Assembly (NCBI GenBank): GCA_965216325.1
Contig: OZ244160.1
Location: 3,000,511-3,064,510, forward strand
Origin: Coraliomargarita sp.
GTDB taxonomy: Bacteria; Verrucomicrobiota; Verrucomicrobiia; Opitutales; Coraliomargaritaceae
Direction: 5' to 3'
DNA length: 64,000 bases
Below the pieces are notes generated by a model that was not told the DNA's origin, searched no databases, and was given only the letters and a program-made list of their open reading frames with translations. Numbering within the stretch: the first letter of the stretch is position 1; each line of letters starts with the position of its first letter. Below, piece by piece: positions 34,168 to 44,245 of the stretch. Position numbers and translations under genes: made by a program.

Positions 34168-36261
34168 CTAAAGGCTGAGTTCGCCAATCGTTGGGCGCAC
34201 ATGATAGAGTGCTAGAAACTGCTTTGCGGACTCCGGGTCATTCAGTGAAATCGAACCCGATGCGATGCGTGGCTTGCTTTCCGGTGTTAGTTTGACTGGA
34301 TATGCTTGCTCTAATTGATTCGTGTAGGCGACGAAGTTAACATGGCCTTGTTTGCGAAGTTGCGACTTCGTGAGTATCTGAAAATAGCCGACACAACCGG
34401 GGCCATTGTGAATACTCAGTTCGTGCGCAATGCGGCCCATCGTGACGCGTGGATTGATTTCTACGATGGGCTTCAATTTTAGTTCGCCTTCTGGATCGCG
34501 GTAGATGAAGGCATCGATGCCGAGTGGCCCAATGAACTGACGCTGCTTCAATTCGCGTTCTAAGCGTGGCGCGATTTCAGTTTCGAACAGTTCATAAAGG
34601 CGTGGTCGTGTGACGCTACGCTCCATTAGGAAACGCACAATCTGTGGGTCGATACTCTTGGTGAAGGCATTGGTGAGGATGCCTTTGAACTGTCCACGGG
34701 CATTATTATGTAGGCGCGTGTATCCGATCGTGCGGAGTTCGGACTCACGCTGTTCGAATTGAACGGAGAAATCATAGACACGTTCCAGCCAGGGTTCGAC
34801 GACGAGGCTACCTTGAGTTTCGAGTGTGGTGTTAATCCAGGCTTCAATCGCTGCAGGAATAGAGCTGTTGGATTTTAAGAGTCGGTTGCCATTTGCTGCG
34901 GTGCCGTAAGGAGCTTTGCAAACGACATCCGTATAACCGAGTGTGTTGTATTTGTGGCGTAGCTGATCGAGTTGTTCGAGGTTTTCAACCGATTGTCCGT
35001 AGACCTCCTTCGGCGCGAGGCGTGTCTCGTCCAAGTCTGCTGTTAATTGGCGTCCCCACTGAGCGCTCCATATTTTGGAATAGAGTTCACGGATCTCAGC
35101 GCTCCATAGCGTCTGGGTGTTGATCGGGCGGGTTAGACTGTCGAAGGTCTTATCGAAGAAGGCAACTGCATCAGGTGTCCATGACCACGGGCAGAAGGCC
35201 GCGATCTTGCGATCAATCCTTGGTGACTGCGACTCTGTACAGGTGAGGATTTCCGGTAAGTGGAATCCGTAGTCTTGAAGTTGCCGTTGGAATGCAACGG
35301 AGGGCGGATTTTGGATGATCAGCAGATCATCGCGGCGCGATAGATAGGCGGGAAGGAAGGCGAGGTCTTTTTGTAGCGCGCTTGTGCTGTCGATCTGACT
35401 GCTGTCGGTCGCGGCGTGTACTTCGGCCTCGGGGTTGAACCAGTGCACTTTGGGAGTGCGTCCTTTCGACTGACGAAACAGTTGAAGGTCGTCGATGAAA
35501 GCTGGGTCGAGTCCGGCATCGAGTCGGCCTTGTGTATTGAAGTGGTTGCCCTTGGCGCGGGCGGGGGAGAGCGGGAAGGTTAGTCGCTCGCGAAAGACCT
35601 CCCAGTCGGTCTTGCCATTTGCCTTCCAGCGCCGGAACCATTTCAAGCCGAAGCCTACATGATCGATTTCGTCGTGGTAAATCTTATTGAGTATCTTCGC
35701 GGTCGCACTGTCGCCCACCTCGGTGAAGATTTTTCCATACTCCTTGGAATAATCCAGATTGGCTTGTTCGAAGGTCAGCGAGAGGCGTGTCACATAGTCG
35801 AGGGGATCCTCCATTGATGAGACGCTGCGCCAGAAGTAGTCGCTCAAGGGGAGTTCGCCAAATTCGACGCCGCATTGTTGCATGCGGTGAATGTAGAGAC
35901 GGGTGTGGATCTGTTCTTCTTTGAGTGTTTCGAGAACGCCTCTCCGAAAGCTGGCCGGCGCTTCAGGAAACTTGAGCAACACCAGTGCCATCAGCTCGGT
36001 GGCCAAGAGCTCGTGGTTTCCGAAAAAGTGTAGCAGGCGTCCGCGTTCGCGCTCGTCAATTAGTTTGCCTTTGCTGGGGTGCGAGGCTTTGACGCCATCT
36101 TCACGCAGCACCAGATGCTTGGGCCGTGTTAGTTTGCGGGGAGTGCGAATGGCTTCGCCCGGGCGTGTGTCGATGATGTCTTCTTTAGGAAAGCTGAGCT
36201 TCTCCTCGAGCGTGGTGCCGAAGAGAACTCGTTTTGCAAATTCCTGAAGTTGTAGTGCCAT
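34168..36261 (-). CDS. DUF455 ferritin-like domain fused to an ATP-grasp-like domain
   Basis: N-terminus: LLHFFGNHELLA, EEQIH, EQANLD, DEIDHV; C-terminus: VCKAPYGTAANG, VVEPWL, GPLGIDAF, VEINPRVTMG. Confidence 0.8.
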   Translation of the reverse strand: MALQLQEFAKRVLFGTTLEEKLSFPKEDIIDTRPGEAIRTPRKLTRPKHLVLREDGVKASHPSKGKLIDERERGRLLHFFGNHELLATELMALVLLKFPEAPASFRRGVLETLKEEQIHTRLYIHRMQQCGVEFGELPLSDYFWRSVSSMEDPLDYVTRLSLTFEQANLDYSKEYGKIFTEVGDSATAKILNKIYHDEIDHVGFGLKWFRRWKANGKTDWEVFRERLTFPLSPARAKGNHFNTQGRLDAGLDPAFIDDLQLFRQSKGRTPKVHWFNPEAEVHAATDSSQIDSTSALQKDLAFLPAYLSRRDDLLIIQNPPSVAFQRQLQDYGFHLPEILTCTESQSPRIDRKIAAFCPWSWTPDAVAFFDKTFDSLTRPINTQTLWSAEIRELYSKIWSAQWGRQLTADLDETRLAPKEVYGQSVENLEQLDQLRHKYNTLGYTDVVCKAPYGTAANGNRLLKSNSSIPAAIEAWINTTLETQGSLVVEPWLERVYDFSVQFEQRESELRTIGYTRLHNNARGQFKGILTNAFTKSIDPQIVRFLMERSVTRPRLYELFETEIAPRLERELKQRQFIGPLGIDAFIYRDPEGELKLKPIVEINPRVTMGRIAHELSIHNGPGCVGYFQILTKSQLRKQGHVNFVAYTNQLEQAYPVKLTPESKPRIASGSISLNDPESAKQFLALYHVRPTIGELSL

Positions 36262-36426
36262 TGATCGCTAGCGTTATGCGTCTCATGCAGAATGACAACT
36301 CCTCAGATCCAGTAGAAGCGCGCTTCCATCCGCTTCATTCAAGATCTAGGGAAAGAGGTCGGGTGCCGCTTCTACTTTTGCCGTCTTGCGGGTTGAAAGT
36401 TCGGACGGATGCGTCAGCTTCGCAGT

Positions 36427-37341
36427 ATGGATGGAGTGTTTGCCTATCAATATACGCCTGCAGCTCGCCTGCGGGTGAGCGATGAGGACTCAGCCGACTT
36501 TTTGCAAAGTCAGTTTAGTAATGATCTGCGCCCGTTTAACGCAGGGCAGGCGGTCTATGGCTTGTGGCTGGATGTGAAGGGCAAGGTGATTGCCGATAGC
36601 TGGGTGCTCTGTAATGACGAGGAAGCATTTACGTTGATCAGTGAGCACTGTGCCGCAGAAGCGATCGTGGAAAAGCTCGAGCGTCATATTATTGCCGATG
36701 ATGTAGAGATTGAAGAGTTGGATCTCGGGGCTGCGATTACTCTGGTTGGTGAAAGTGTCGTAGCGACTTTAGAAGCATTGAACATCAGCGTCCCTGAAGT
36801 CGGGCGTTTTGCTGCGACAGGGAACTGTGTCTGTTTTGCCGGCCGCCGTGCGACTGTGCCCTCGTATGAGCTGATCTTTAGTGCGGAGTCGGATGCTCAG
36901 GCTGTTGTCCAGCGCTTGCAGGAACTCGAAGTCGAATTTGTATCCGAAGAGTGGATACAGGTGCAGCGAATGGCGGCAGGGGTGCCTCAGGTGCCTGTTG
37001 AAGTTGGTTCAGCTGACTTGCCGGGAGAGGGCGGCTTTGTGGACGATGCTGTGTCGTTGAACAAAGGCTGTTACCTCGGCCAAGAGGTCGTTGCGCGCAT
37101 GCACAATGTAGGGCAGGCCCGCCGAGGCTTGTATTTGCTCAAGGGAGAGGGGGCTGCTCCGCGTGTGCCCGCGGCAGTGATTGCAGCCGACAGCAAGGGC
37201 GCCGGAGAGCTGCGTTCCGTGGTTTCTATCGGGGATTCATGGCAAGGTGTGGCGATGCTTAAGATTCGTTCTGCGGACGCTGAGCTTAGTCTCGATTCCG
37301 GGGACTCAGTCACTGTGGCCGCGCCCTTGCGTTCCGTCTAA
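36427..37341 (+). CDS. ygfZ: Folate-binding Fe-S/tRNA-modification protein YgfZ
   Basis: DFLQSQFSND, KGCYLGQEVVAR signature. Confidence 0.92.
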   Translation: MDGVFAYQYTPAARLRVSDEDSADFLQSQFSNDLRPFNAGQAVYGLWLDVKGKVIADSWVLCNDEEAFTLISEHCAAEAIVEKLERHIIADDVEIEELDLGAAITLVGESVVATLEALNISVPEVGRFAATGNCVCFAGRRATVPSYELIFSAESDAQAVVQRLQELEVEFVSEEWIQVQRMAAGVPQVPVEVGSADLPGEGGFVDDAVSLNKGCYLGQEVVARMHNVGQARRGLYLLKGEGAAPRVPAAVIAADSKGAGELRSVVSIGDSWQGVAMLKIRSADAELSLDSGDSVTVAAPLRSV

Positions 37342-37363
37342 AAATCACTCCTGCTATTATAAT

Positions 37364-37615
37364 ATGGACGCGTCTGAGGAACTGGAAGCGGTTACGCAGT
37401 TATTTATCAATATGGGAGCCGATCCTGGGCAGGCGCAAGTCATGGCTGGACAGCTACTTAAGCGTGCCGATCGATTAGCCAAAGAACGCGGAATTTCGAA
37501 AGTTGAGGCAGCCGACAGCCTGCTCAGGCAGGTGGTTCAGGCGCGCCAAGGCATTGCGCCAAGCTCAAATACTGAGCAAAACGGCCCTGAGGGGCAAAAA
37601 AAGCTGAAAAAATAG
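37364..37615 (+). CDS. Small hypothetical protein
   Basis: MDASEELEAVTQLFINMGA..AGQLLKRA; plausible 83-aa helical ORF filling the gap. Confidence 0.65.
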   Translation: MDASEELEAVTQLFINMGADPGQAQVMAGQLLKRADRLAKERGISKVEAADSLLRQVVQARQGIAPSSNTEQNGPEGQKKLKK

Positions 37616-37703
37616 CGGTCTGAGGCCGATTTGCTATTGACGATTCGAGGACCAACGAGTCTTCTTCCAAACGGCACTACGCCACTTAACCTCAACAATA
37701 AAT

Positions 37704-37990
<287 letters not shown>

Positions 37991-38020
37991 TCGGTTTACC
38001 CCAAAGTTAACAAACTTTCT

Positions 38021-38051
38021 AAGCCCGTGGTTCTGTGCCACGGGCTTTTTT
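38021..38051 (+). terminator. Rho-independent terminator of hup
   Basis: aagcccgtgg-ttctgtg-ccacgggctttttt. Confidence 0.8.
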
Positions 38052-38127
38052 GTTGGGTTGCCCCTCAATGGCACCATCCCGCATCGCTTCGCGATACACC
38101 CCTCCTAATCAAGGAGGGGTGTTATAA

Positions 38128-38180
38128 AAGCTCCTCACCTGCGAAGGGGTGGTCACCTGCTCGTCAGGTGGGAGGGGTAT
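38128..38180 (-). repeat. About 55-bp palindromic repeat, copy 3
   Basis: Reverse complement atacccctcccacctgacgagcaggtgaccaccccttcgcaggtgaggagctt matches 18488-18540. Confidence 0.75.
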
Positions 38181-38351
38181 TCAGGCAGTTTTTGCAGCGT
38201 GGGTATGATTTCGACGGAACTGCCTGATGCGAAAGTGCTTCGCACGTCCGCTACCGACAATTTTTGCGCTTCGCGCTTGCCAGCGGGTTCAAGTCTCACC
38301 TTATTGAGACGCTTTTGAGATTGAGGCACCCCTCAACGAAAGGACAGCACT

Positions 38352-39767
38352 ATGGGACAAAGCTTATTTGAAAAAGTATGGGACGCACACGCGGTGCGCA
38401 CACTGGCTAATGGCCAAACACAACTCTTGATCGGCACGCACCTCATTCACGAGGTCACCAGTCCGCAGGCATTCGGTATGCTGCGCGACAAGGGCTTGCC
38501 GGTAAAATACCCGCATCGCACCTTCGCGACGGTTGACCACATCGTGCCAACCAACGAAGCGGTTGAGCCCTACAGCGATCCACTCGCACAGGGGATGATC
38601 GAAGAACTCCGCAAGAACTGCGCGGACAACAACGTCACTTTCTTCGACACCAACACTGGTAAGCAAGGTGTTGTTCACATCGTCGGCCCAGAGCAGGGCA
38701 TCACTCAGCCGGGCACCACCATCGCTTGTGGTGACTCCCACACTGCGACACACGGTGCCTTCGGTGCGATTGCCTTCGGTATCGGCACCAGCCAGGTGCG
38801 TGACGTGCTGGCAACCCAGACCATAGCGCTCGGTGAACTCAAGGTGCGCCGCATCAACGTCGACGGCGAGCTTCGCCCAGGCGTCTATGCGAAGGACGTG
38901 ATCCTCCACATCATCCGTTTGCTCGGCACACAGGGAGGCACCGGTTTCGCCTATGAATATGGTGGCTCCACTTTCGACAACATGACGATGGAAGAGCGCA
39001 TGACCGTCTGCAACATGTCCATTGAGGGCGGTGCACGTGTCGGCTACGTCAATCCGGACGAAACCACTTTCGAATACCTCAAGGGCCGCCCATACTCTCC
39101 ACAAGGTGAGGCTTGGGACGCAGCGGTTGAAAACTGGAAGTCCTTCGCTTCCGACGCAGACTGCTCTTACGACGACGTCGTCAACATCGACGCTGCAGAC
39201 ATCCAGCCAACTGTGACATGGGGTATCACTCCAAGTCAGGGTGTTGGCATCAACGAAAACATCCCAGCAGTCGCTGAGGGTGAAACCGAGTCTGAGCGCG
39301 AGTCCATCAACGAAGCTCTCGAATACATGAAGTTTGAGGGCGGTTCAGCGATCAAGGGCAAGAAGATCGACGTCGCATTCATCGGATCCTGCACCAACGG
39401 CCGTCTCTCCGACCTTCAGGAAGTTGCCAACTACGTCAAGGGCCACAAGGTCGCTGACGGCGTTCAAGCAATCGTGGTTCCTGGCTCACAGGTGGTGGCT
39501 TCCATCGCGATGCAGCTCGGTCTCGACAAGATCTTCACTGAAGCTGGTTTCGAATGGCGCGGCGCAGGCTGCTCCATGTGTTTGGCGATGAACCCGGACA
39601 AGCTGATTGGCGATCAGCTGTGCGCAAGTTCCTCCAACCGTAACTTCAAGGGCCGCCAAGGTTCCCCAACCGGTCGCACTATGCTCATGAGCCCGCTCAT
39701 GGTCGCAGCAGCTGCCGTGAAGGGGGAAGTCACCGACGCGCGCGAAGTCTTCAGCGTGAGCGCATAG
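38352..39767 (+). CDS. leuC: 3-isopropylmalate dehydratase large subunit
   Basis: [41 protein letters not shown]. Confidence 0.97.
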   Translation: MGQSLFEKVWDAHAVRTLANGQTQLLIGTHLIHEVTSPQAFGMLRDKGLPVKYPHRTFATVDHIVPTNEAVEPYSDPLAQGMIEELRKNCADNNVTFFDTNTGKQGVVHIVGPEQGITQPGTTIACGDSHTATHGAFGAIAFGIGTSQVRDVLATQTIALGELKVRRINVDGELRPGVYAKDVILHIIRLLGTQGGTGFAYEYGGSTFDNMTMEERMTVCNMSIEGGARVGYVNPDETTFEYLKGRPYSPQGEAWDAAVENWKSFASDADCSYDDVVNIDAADIQPTVTWGITPSQGVGINENIPAVAEGETESERESINEALEYMKFEGGSAIKGKKIDVAFIGSCTNGRLSDLQEVANYVKGHKVADGVQAIVVPGSQVVASIAMQLGLDKIFTEAGFEWRGAGCSMCLAMNPDKLIGDQLCASSSNRNFKGRQGSPTGRTMLMSPLMVAAAAVKGEVTDAREVFSVSA

Positions 39768-39807
39768 TTTCACTCTTCAAATTTCACCTTTCACTCTTTT
39801 TTCAGTC

Positions 39808-40410
39808 ATGTCATCTGAACCAATCAAGCAAGTAACTGGCCGCGGCGTATATGTGCCCGGTGACGACATCGATACCGACCGCATCATCCCTGCACGCTTC
39901 ATGAAGTGCATCACCTTCGATGGTCTCGGCGAATACTTCTTCTACGACGTCCGCAAGGACGAGAACGGCAACGACCGTGCGCACAACTTGAACGACGAGC
40001 GCTTCAAGGGCTCCAACATCATCGTCAGTGGTAACAACTTCGGTTGTGGCAGCTCCCGCGAGCACGCCCCACAAGCGATCATGCGTGCCGGCTTCAACGC
40101 GGTTATCGCAGGTAGCTTCGCTGAAATCTTCTTCGGCAACTCTACGAACCTCGGTGTCGTCTGCGTCACAGCAAGCGACCAAGACCGCGAGATCCTTGCC
40201 AAGGCCATCGAAGCCAACCCAGCACTGGAGATCACCATCGATGTCGAAGACCACAAGGTTTGGTTCGACGACGAGTTCATCAAGTGCGACATCAAGCCAA
40301 ATGCACGCGAGTCCCTGCTTTCCGGCAACTACGACCCACTCAGCGAGCTTGTCAGTGGTGCGGATGAGGTTGCAGCGACTGCAGGTAAGCTCAGCTACAT
40401 GTCTGCATAA
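39808..40410 (+). CDS. leuD: 3-isopropylmalate dehydratase small subunit
   Basis: DIDTDRIIPARF, NFGCGSSREHAP, SFAEIFFGN. Confidence 0.97.
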   Translation: MSSEPIKQVTGRGVYVPGDDIDTDRIIPARFMKCITFDGLGEYFFYDVRKDENGNDRAHNLNDERFKGSNIIVSGNNFGCGSSREHAPQAIMRAGFNAVIAGSFAEIFFGNSTNLGVVCVTASDQDREILAKAIEANPALEITIDVEDHKVWFDDEFIKCDIKPNARESLLSGNYDPLSELVSGADEVAATAGKLSYMSA

Positions 40411-40497
40411 GCCAGAGAACAGAAGGCAGAGATCAGAGGTCAGTAACTGGCGATCTGAAACTTTTACAAAGAACCGGCCGAAACGCCGGTTCTTTTT

Positions 40498-40683
40498 GTA
40501 GGGGCGCGCCTTGGCACGCCCGCTGTGTTGTCGGCATTTCTTTTGGCGGGCGCGTCAAGTCGCGCCCCTACGTGTAAAACGATCGTGCTGTTGGGGTAGC
40601 GCAGCACCGTCCTCGGTGCGCACCACATTGTTGTAGGCAAACCGAACTGATTGTTCCTGCGGTGCCAGAGGCACCTGCGCTAC
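40498..40683. repeat. Two tandem REP doublets (GTAGGGG 40498-40571; GTAGCGC 40596-40683)
   Basis: gtaggggcgcgccttggcacgcccgc..gcgggcgcgtcaagtcgcgcccctac; gtagcgcagcaccgtcctcggtgcgc..gcggtgccagaggcacctgcgctac. Confidence 0.85.
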
Positions 40684-41240
40684 CTCTCTTCGTGCAGCTC
40701 CCGCGCAATCGCTTCGATTTTAGCAACCAGCTCGTCCACGCTCAGGTTTTCGGAATCGATTTCGGAAGACTCAATCGCACCTGCCAACGCATCGATTTTT
40801 CCCTGCAAGAAATTCTTTTTCTCGGTCAGCGTGTCGCGGTTTTCCGTTTCCCAATACTCGCCTTCGTCGGTCACTTCGAGGTCACGCAGATAGTGTTTTT
40901 TCAGGTAGCGCAGCAGCCCGATGATCCAAATGTGCGTCTCGACCGTCGTGAACTGTGTTTTGGTCGCAATGTAGTAGCTGTATTTTGTCGCTTCGATTTG
41001 GTCAGTGATCAGGTCGGCCAAGCAGCGTAGGTGTCCATCGCGGTCAAAAAGGAAGCACTGTGATTCGCAGTTGCCCTCGGGATTCACGATGATCCCGAGG
41101 AAATCAGGATTGGCTTCGTCGTCGTTGATTCGATGCGCCTCCCACTGCATGGACTTTGCAATGTCCTCCAGCTCATCCACGAGCTTTGGAATGTCCTCAA
41201 ATCGGTCGATACTGCCTTGGTAATGTATGCTGAGTCCCAT
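40680..41240 (-). CDS. Hypothetical protein
   Basis: 186-aa ORF MGLSIHYQG..KTQF..DEGEYWET; its TAG stop overlaps the GTAG of a REP. Confidence 0.75.
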   Translation of the reverse strand: MGLSIHYQGSIDRFEDIPKLVDELEDIAKSMQWEAHRINDDEANPDFLGIIVNPEGNCESQCFLFDRDGHLRCLADLITDQIEATKYSYYIATKTQFTTVETHIWIIGLLRYLKKHYLRDLEVTDEGEYWETENRDTLTEKKNFLQGKIDALAGAIESSEIDSENLSVDELVAKIEAIARELHEER

Positions 41241-41311
41241 TATTATGTCTTTAGTTCTGTAAAGTCCCAGTTGTGGCAGTTATCCGAAATTGCCGGATAA
41301 CTGAATGACGC

Positions 41312-42751
41312 TCAAGTTGTCATTCTTTCTAGCACTAGGCGCACTGATTTTTTGTGATGTCGCTCTGGATTTTCTGAATCTTGGTAGGACTGAATTCGTT
41401 GGATATTGTCGGCATTCAATCCGTGGTATTCAATTGCTTGGAGCTGACCGATTTCTCTCGCCCACTTGTAGTGCGGGTTTTCGTTTAGGCTTTTTTCAAA
41501 GCGTTGTTGGGGGAAATCCTTGAGCCGTGCTTCTTCGAGCAAACATATGTAGAATCTGCTTAGAGTTTCTTGATTTGGGAGCAGAATGCCGAAGCTGCTA
41601 TGACCGCATGATTCGAATGCTCTTGAGGCGTCTGCGTCGCTGAGTTTTTCGCCACACATATCTGAGACCAGATCTGCTCGGCCAAGCCATTGGAGGCTCG
41701 GAGTTCTATTGACGTAGCCAGTGACTTTGACGATGTCGCCCAGTCGATAGCGGTAGAGTCCTGCTTTATTGGTGATAACTGGGCGATAGGTCGCTTCGGC
41801 CTTCAGTTCGTCTGCGAGCCAAAGATTACCGTCTGTATCTTCGAATTCAAAGAATCCTGAAAGTAGAGCAATCGGGGTCTGGTTACGCCACGGCACACTC
41901 ACTGCTCCCTCAGATAGCCACAGACCTTTTGGGGAGTGGGATGCGTTGGGAAAATAGCGCATCAACTGCTTCGCGGATTCAGAGCAGGCTCCATCGGACC
42001 AAGTCGAAATGAGTTTCAGCTGATTCCATTTCTTCCCGAGATGGATGAGCTCATCTGCTGAGAATAATGCATCGAGATAGCTTGGGTGCCATAGTGACAG
42101 GAAACTGAGTTCTGAGCAGTTTAGTAGATGTTGTCTAGTTTGCTCACGCCATTGTTCACCGCGCAACTCGGCGATATGACTTGGAACAGCTACGGTTTGC
42201 TTGAGGACTAGCTTCTCAAGTTTACCAAGATAGGCGCTGTCTGGTGCGAATCCGATGGGCACCTTGCTCTGACCTTGCGGGGTATCCTGAGCGGGCGAGG
42301 TCGCAACATAACATCGACCGTTCATTATCTCAGGCGTGTTGCGCATACAATTGCCCAACCACAAATTTACAGCGGTGGAATACTCTGCCCGGCTTCCTGC
42401 TGTCATCGGGATCAATTTCTGATGGCCGGTAGTGCCACTCGTCGGCACGAGGCGCTCGATTGGCTGCAGAGAAAGTTGTTTGGGTTTGCCCTGAATGATA
42501 CGGTTCGTCCAGCATTGGAGGTCTTCGGCAGTCTGGATCGGAACCCGTCGTCTATAATCTTCGACCGAGCAGTTTGAACTTAGCTGATACTGTTTCGAAA
42601 ACTCGGAACCTTCAGCATTCGCTAGTATGGAACGAAGATGTGCAATTTGTGCGGCTTCAGGCTGCTTGAGTGCTTGCTCAAAATGGCGCATATCCTTTTG
42701 ACAGCTTCGCTGCCACACCCGCCAAGACAGTTTGGTCAGCAGGCTAGGCAT
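41312..42751 (-). CDS. GH3-family acyl-adenylate/amide ligase
   Basis: PTSGTTGHQKLIP, LSEG, GFFEF, ITNKAGLYRYRLGDIV, GEKLS. Confidence 0.88.
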   Translation of the reverse strand: MPSLLTKLSWRVWQRSCQKDMRHFEQALKQPEAAQIAHLRSILANAEGSEFSKQYQLSSNCSVEDYRRRVPIQTAEDLQCWTNRIIQGKPKQLSLQPIERLVPTSGTTGHQKLIPMTAGSRAEYSTAVNLWLGNCMRNTPEIMNGRCYVATSPAQDTPQGQSKVPIGFAPDSAYLGKLEKLVLKQTVAVPSHIAELRGEQWREQTRQHLLNCSELSFLSLWHPSYLDALFSADELIHLGKKWNQLKLISTWSDGACSESAKQLMRYFPNASHSPKGLWLSEGAVSVPWRNQTPIALLSGFFEFEDTDGNLWLADELKAEATYRPVITNKAGLYRYRLGDIVKVTGYVNRTPSLQWLGRADLVSDMCGEKLSDADASRAFESCGHSSFGILLPNQETLSRFYICLLEEARLKDFPQQRFEKSLNENPHYKWAREIGQLQAIEYHGLNADNIQRIQSYQDSENPERHHKKSVRLVLERMTT

Positions 42752-43424
42752 TCGGAATTCTCCAATTCAGCATACGAAGTGCGGCAGCATTCCAATTCTC
42801 TGCTTTCAGGCTGATCAAGCTGACGAGCTCGTCTCCTTCTTTCCAGTTTGGGTTTCGCTGTTGGAAGAACGAATCCATCGGATAGTTGTTACGTGTGTCA
42901 GGAGTCGATTCACGCAAGCAATAGGGGTGCTTCAGTTTGACCGTGCCGAGTGCGGAATCATACCCACTGCCGTAGGCGTATTCGGCAAATCTGTGTTTGT
43001 AAGCTTGCTCTTGCTCGGTTTCTTCAAGTGTCGCGTGTGGGGTGACTCGCTTGTAGAATGTATGCGGAATTCGGTAGGTGCGTGCCCCGGATGCTAGATA
43101 ACACCACCAGTCGCAGTTCTGCCAGACCGCGCGCGCCCAGTGGTGAAAGAAGTATGCAGTGCCGATATCTCGGGCATTCTGATCAATCACAATATCGCCG
43201 GAATAGAGGACGCGCTGTTTGTCGATCTCTGCGAAACGTAGACTGGTGAATCCAGCTAGCTTCACATCGCGCCACAATAGCACTGCCAGATCTTTGGCAT
43301 CCAAGTCTGTATAGAAGATATGTTCGTTGATTCCTGCATAGTAGTGATCAAAAAGCTCCCACATCGCTGTGCGATCGAATGCTGTGATCTGGTTTATGCG
43401 GAGTGTCTGGCAATGAATGTTCAT
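42744..43424 (-). CDS. GNAT-like hypothetical protein
   Basis: MWELFDHYY..LAGFTSL..VLYSGDIVIDQNAR..SGARTYR; ATGA overlap with the upstream gene. Confidence 0.65.
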   Translation of the reverse strand: MNIHCQTLRINQITAFDRTAMWELFDHYYAGINEHIFYTDLDAKDLAVLLWRDVKLAGFTSLRFAEIDKQRVLYSGDIVIDQNARDIGTAYFFHHWARAVWQNCDWWCYLASGARTYRIPHTFYKRVTPHATLEETEQEQAYKHRFAEYAYGSGYDSALGTVKLKHPYCLRESTPDTRNNYPMDSFFQQRNPNWKEGDELVSLISLKAENWNAAALRMLNWRIPNA

Positions 43425-44245
43425 AGCCAAAGGCCCTTCCAATTCGGGATTTTCGGATCAGTGGACAGCTTGTTCCAACTGACAGTGTAGAGGGCACTCG
43501 ACCATTTCCAATGGATGCGTGGCACGACTTTCGCCCATTGCTTCGCACGTTGAGAGTCCGTTGGTAGCACCACGATGACTGCGTCGTATCCATTGATTTG
43601 ATTGAGCAGCTTTCTCTGGAGCTGAATGTCCTCGACTGTTGTGGGGTGGTAGTAAGCCAAGCGAATCGGCTTCATTGGAGCGGGAACTCCAGGGAGACCA
43701 ACTCGGTCCATTGCTCTTCCAATACGATAGCTGAGTCCTTTTCCGGATGCGACTGCAACATGACGCCAATGCGCTTCATCGATTGGCTGGTTCTTCGACG
43801 CGCAGTGCCGTCTGTTCGAAGCGATTGGAATAAACCAGGTCGTAATCTTTTGGCGTCTTGTGTAAGTGGGGAGCCAGTTCACGTCGCTTTCAAGCATACG
43901 TCGTGCACGATGATTTTCTGCACCAATGCAGGTCCACGCATAGTTAACCCCGGAGAGTAGAGATTCGAAGGCGTTTTTCCAGAAGCGCGGGCGAGGACGT
44001 GTTGGCATGTTCTGGCCAAAACGTAATCCTCCCAAATAACGACTGTCGTCAGGCCAATTCCATGAGAGCACGCAGCCAGCGACTTCATTTTGTGTTTCGA
44101 TGCAATGGGCTTTGAAGTGATCGCAACCGTTCGGTGCGCGTAGCTCGTTCAACCCCCAAATCAATTGGATGCCTCCTCCCATGGGTTCTCGTGTGAGTTC
44201 GAGAACTGAGTTCGTGTCGTTTAGGGTCGCTTCACGCCAGATCAA
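43421..44245 (-). CDS. GNAT-like hypothetical protein
   Basis: WREATLND..L, YLGGLRF, TCIGAENHRARRML resemble GNAT motifs; ATGA overlaps at both ends. Confidence 0.6.
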   Translation of the reverse strand: MIWREATLNDTNSVLELTREPMGGGIQLIWGLNELRAPNGCDHFKAHCIETQNEVAGCVLSWNWPDDSRYLGGLRFGQNMPTRPRPRFWKNAFESLLSGVNYAWTCIGAENHRARRMLESDVNWLPTYTRRQKITTWFIPIASNRRHCASKNQPIDEAHWRHVAVASGKGLSYRIGRAMDRVGLPGVPAPMKPIRLAYYHPTTVEDIQLQRKLLNQINGYDAVIVVLPTDSQRAKQWAKVVPRIHWKWSSALYTVSWNKLSTDPKIPNWKGLWL

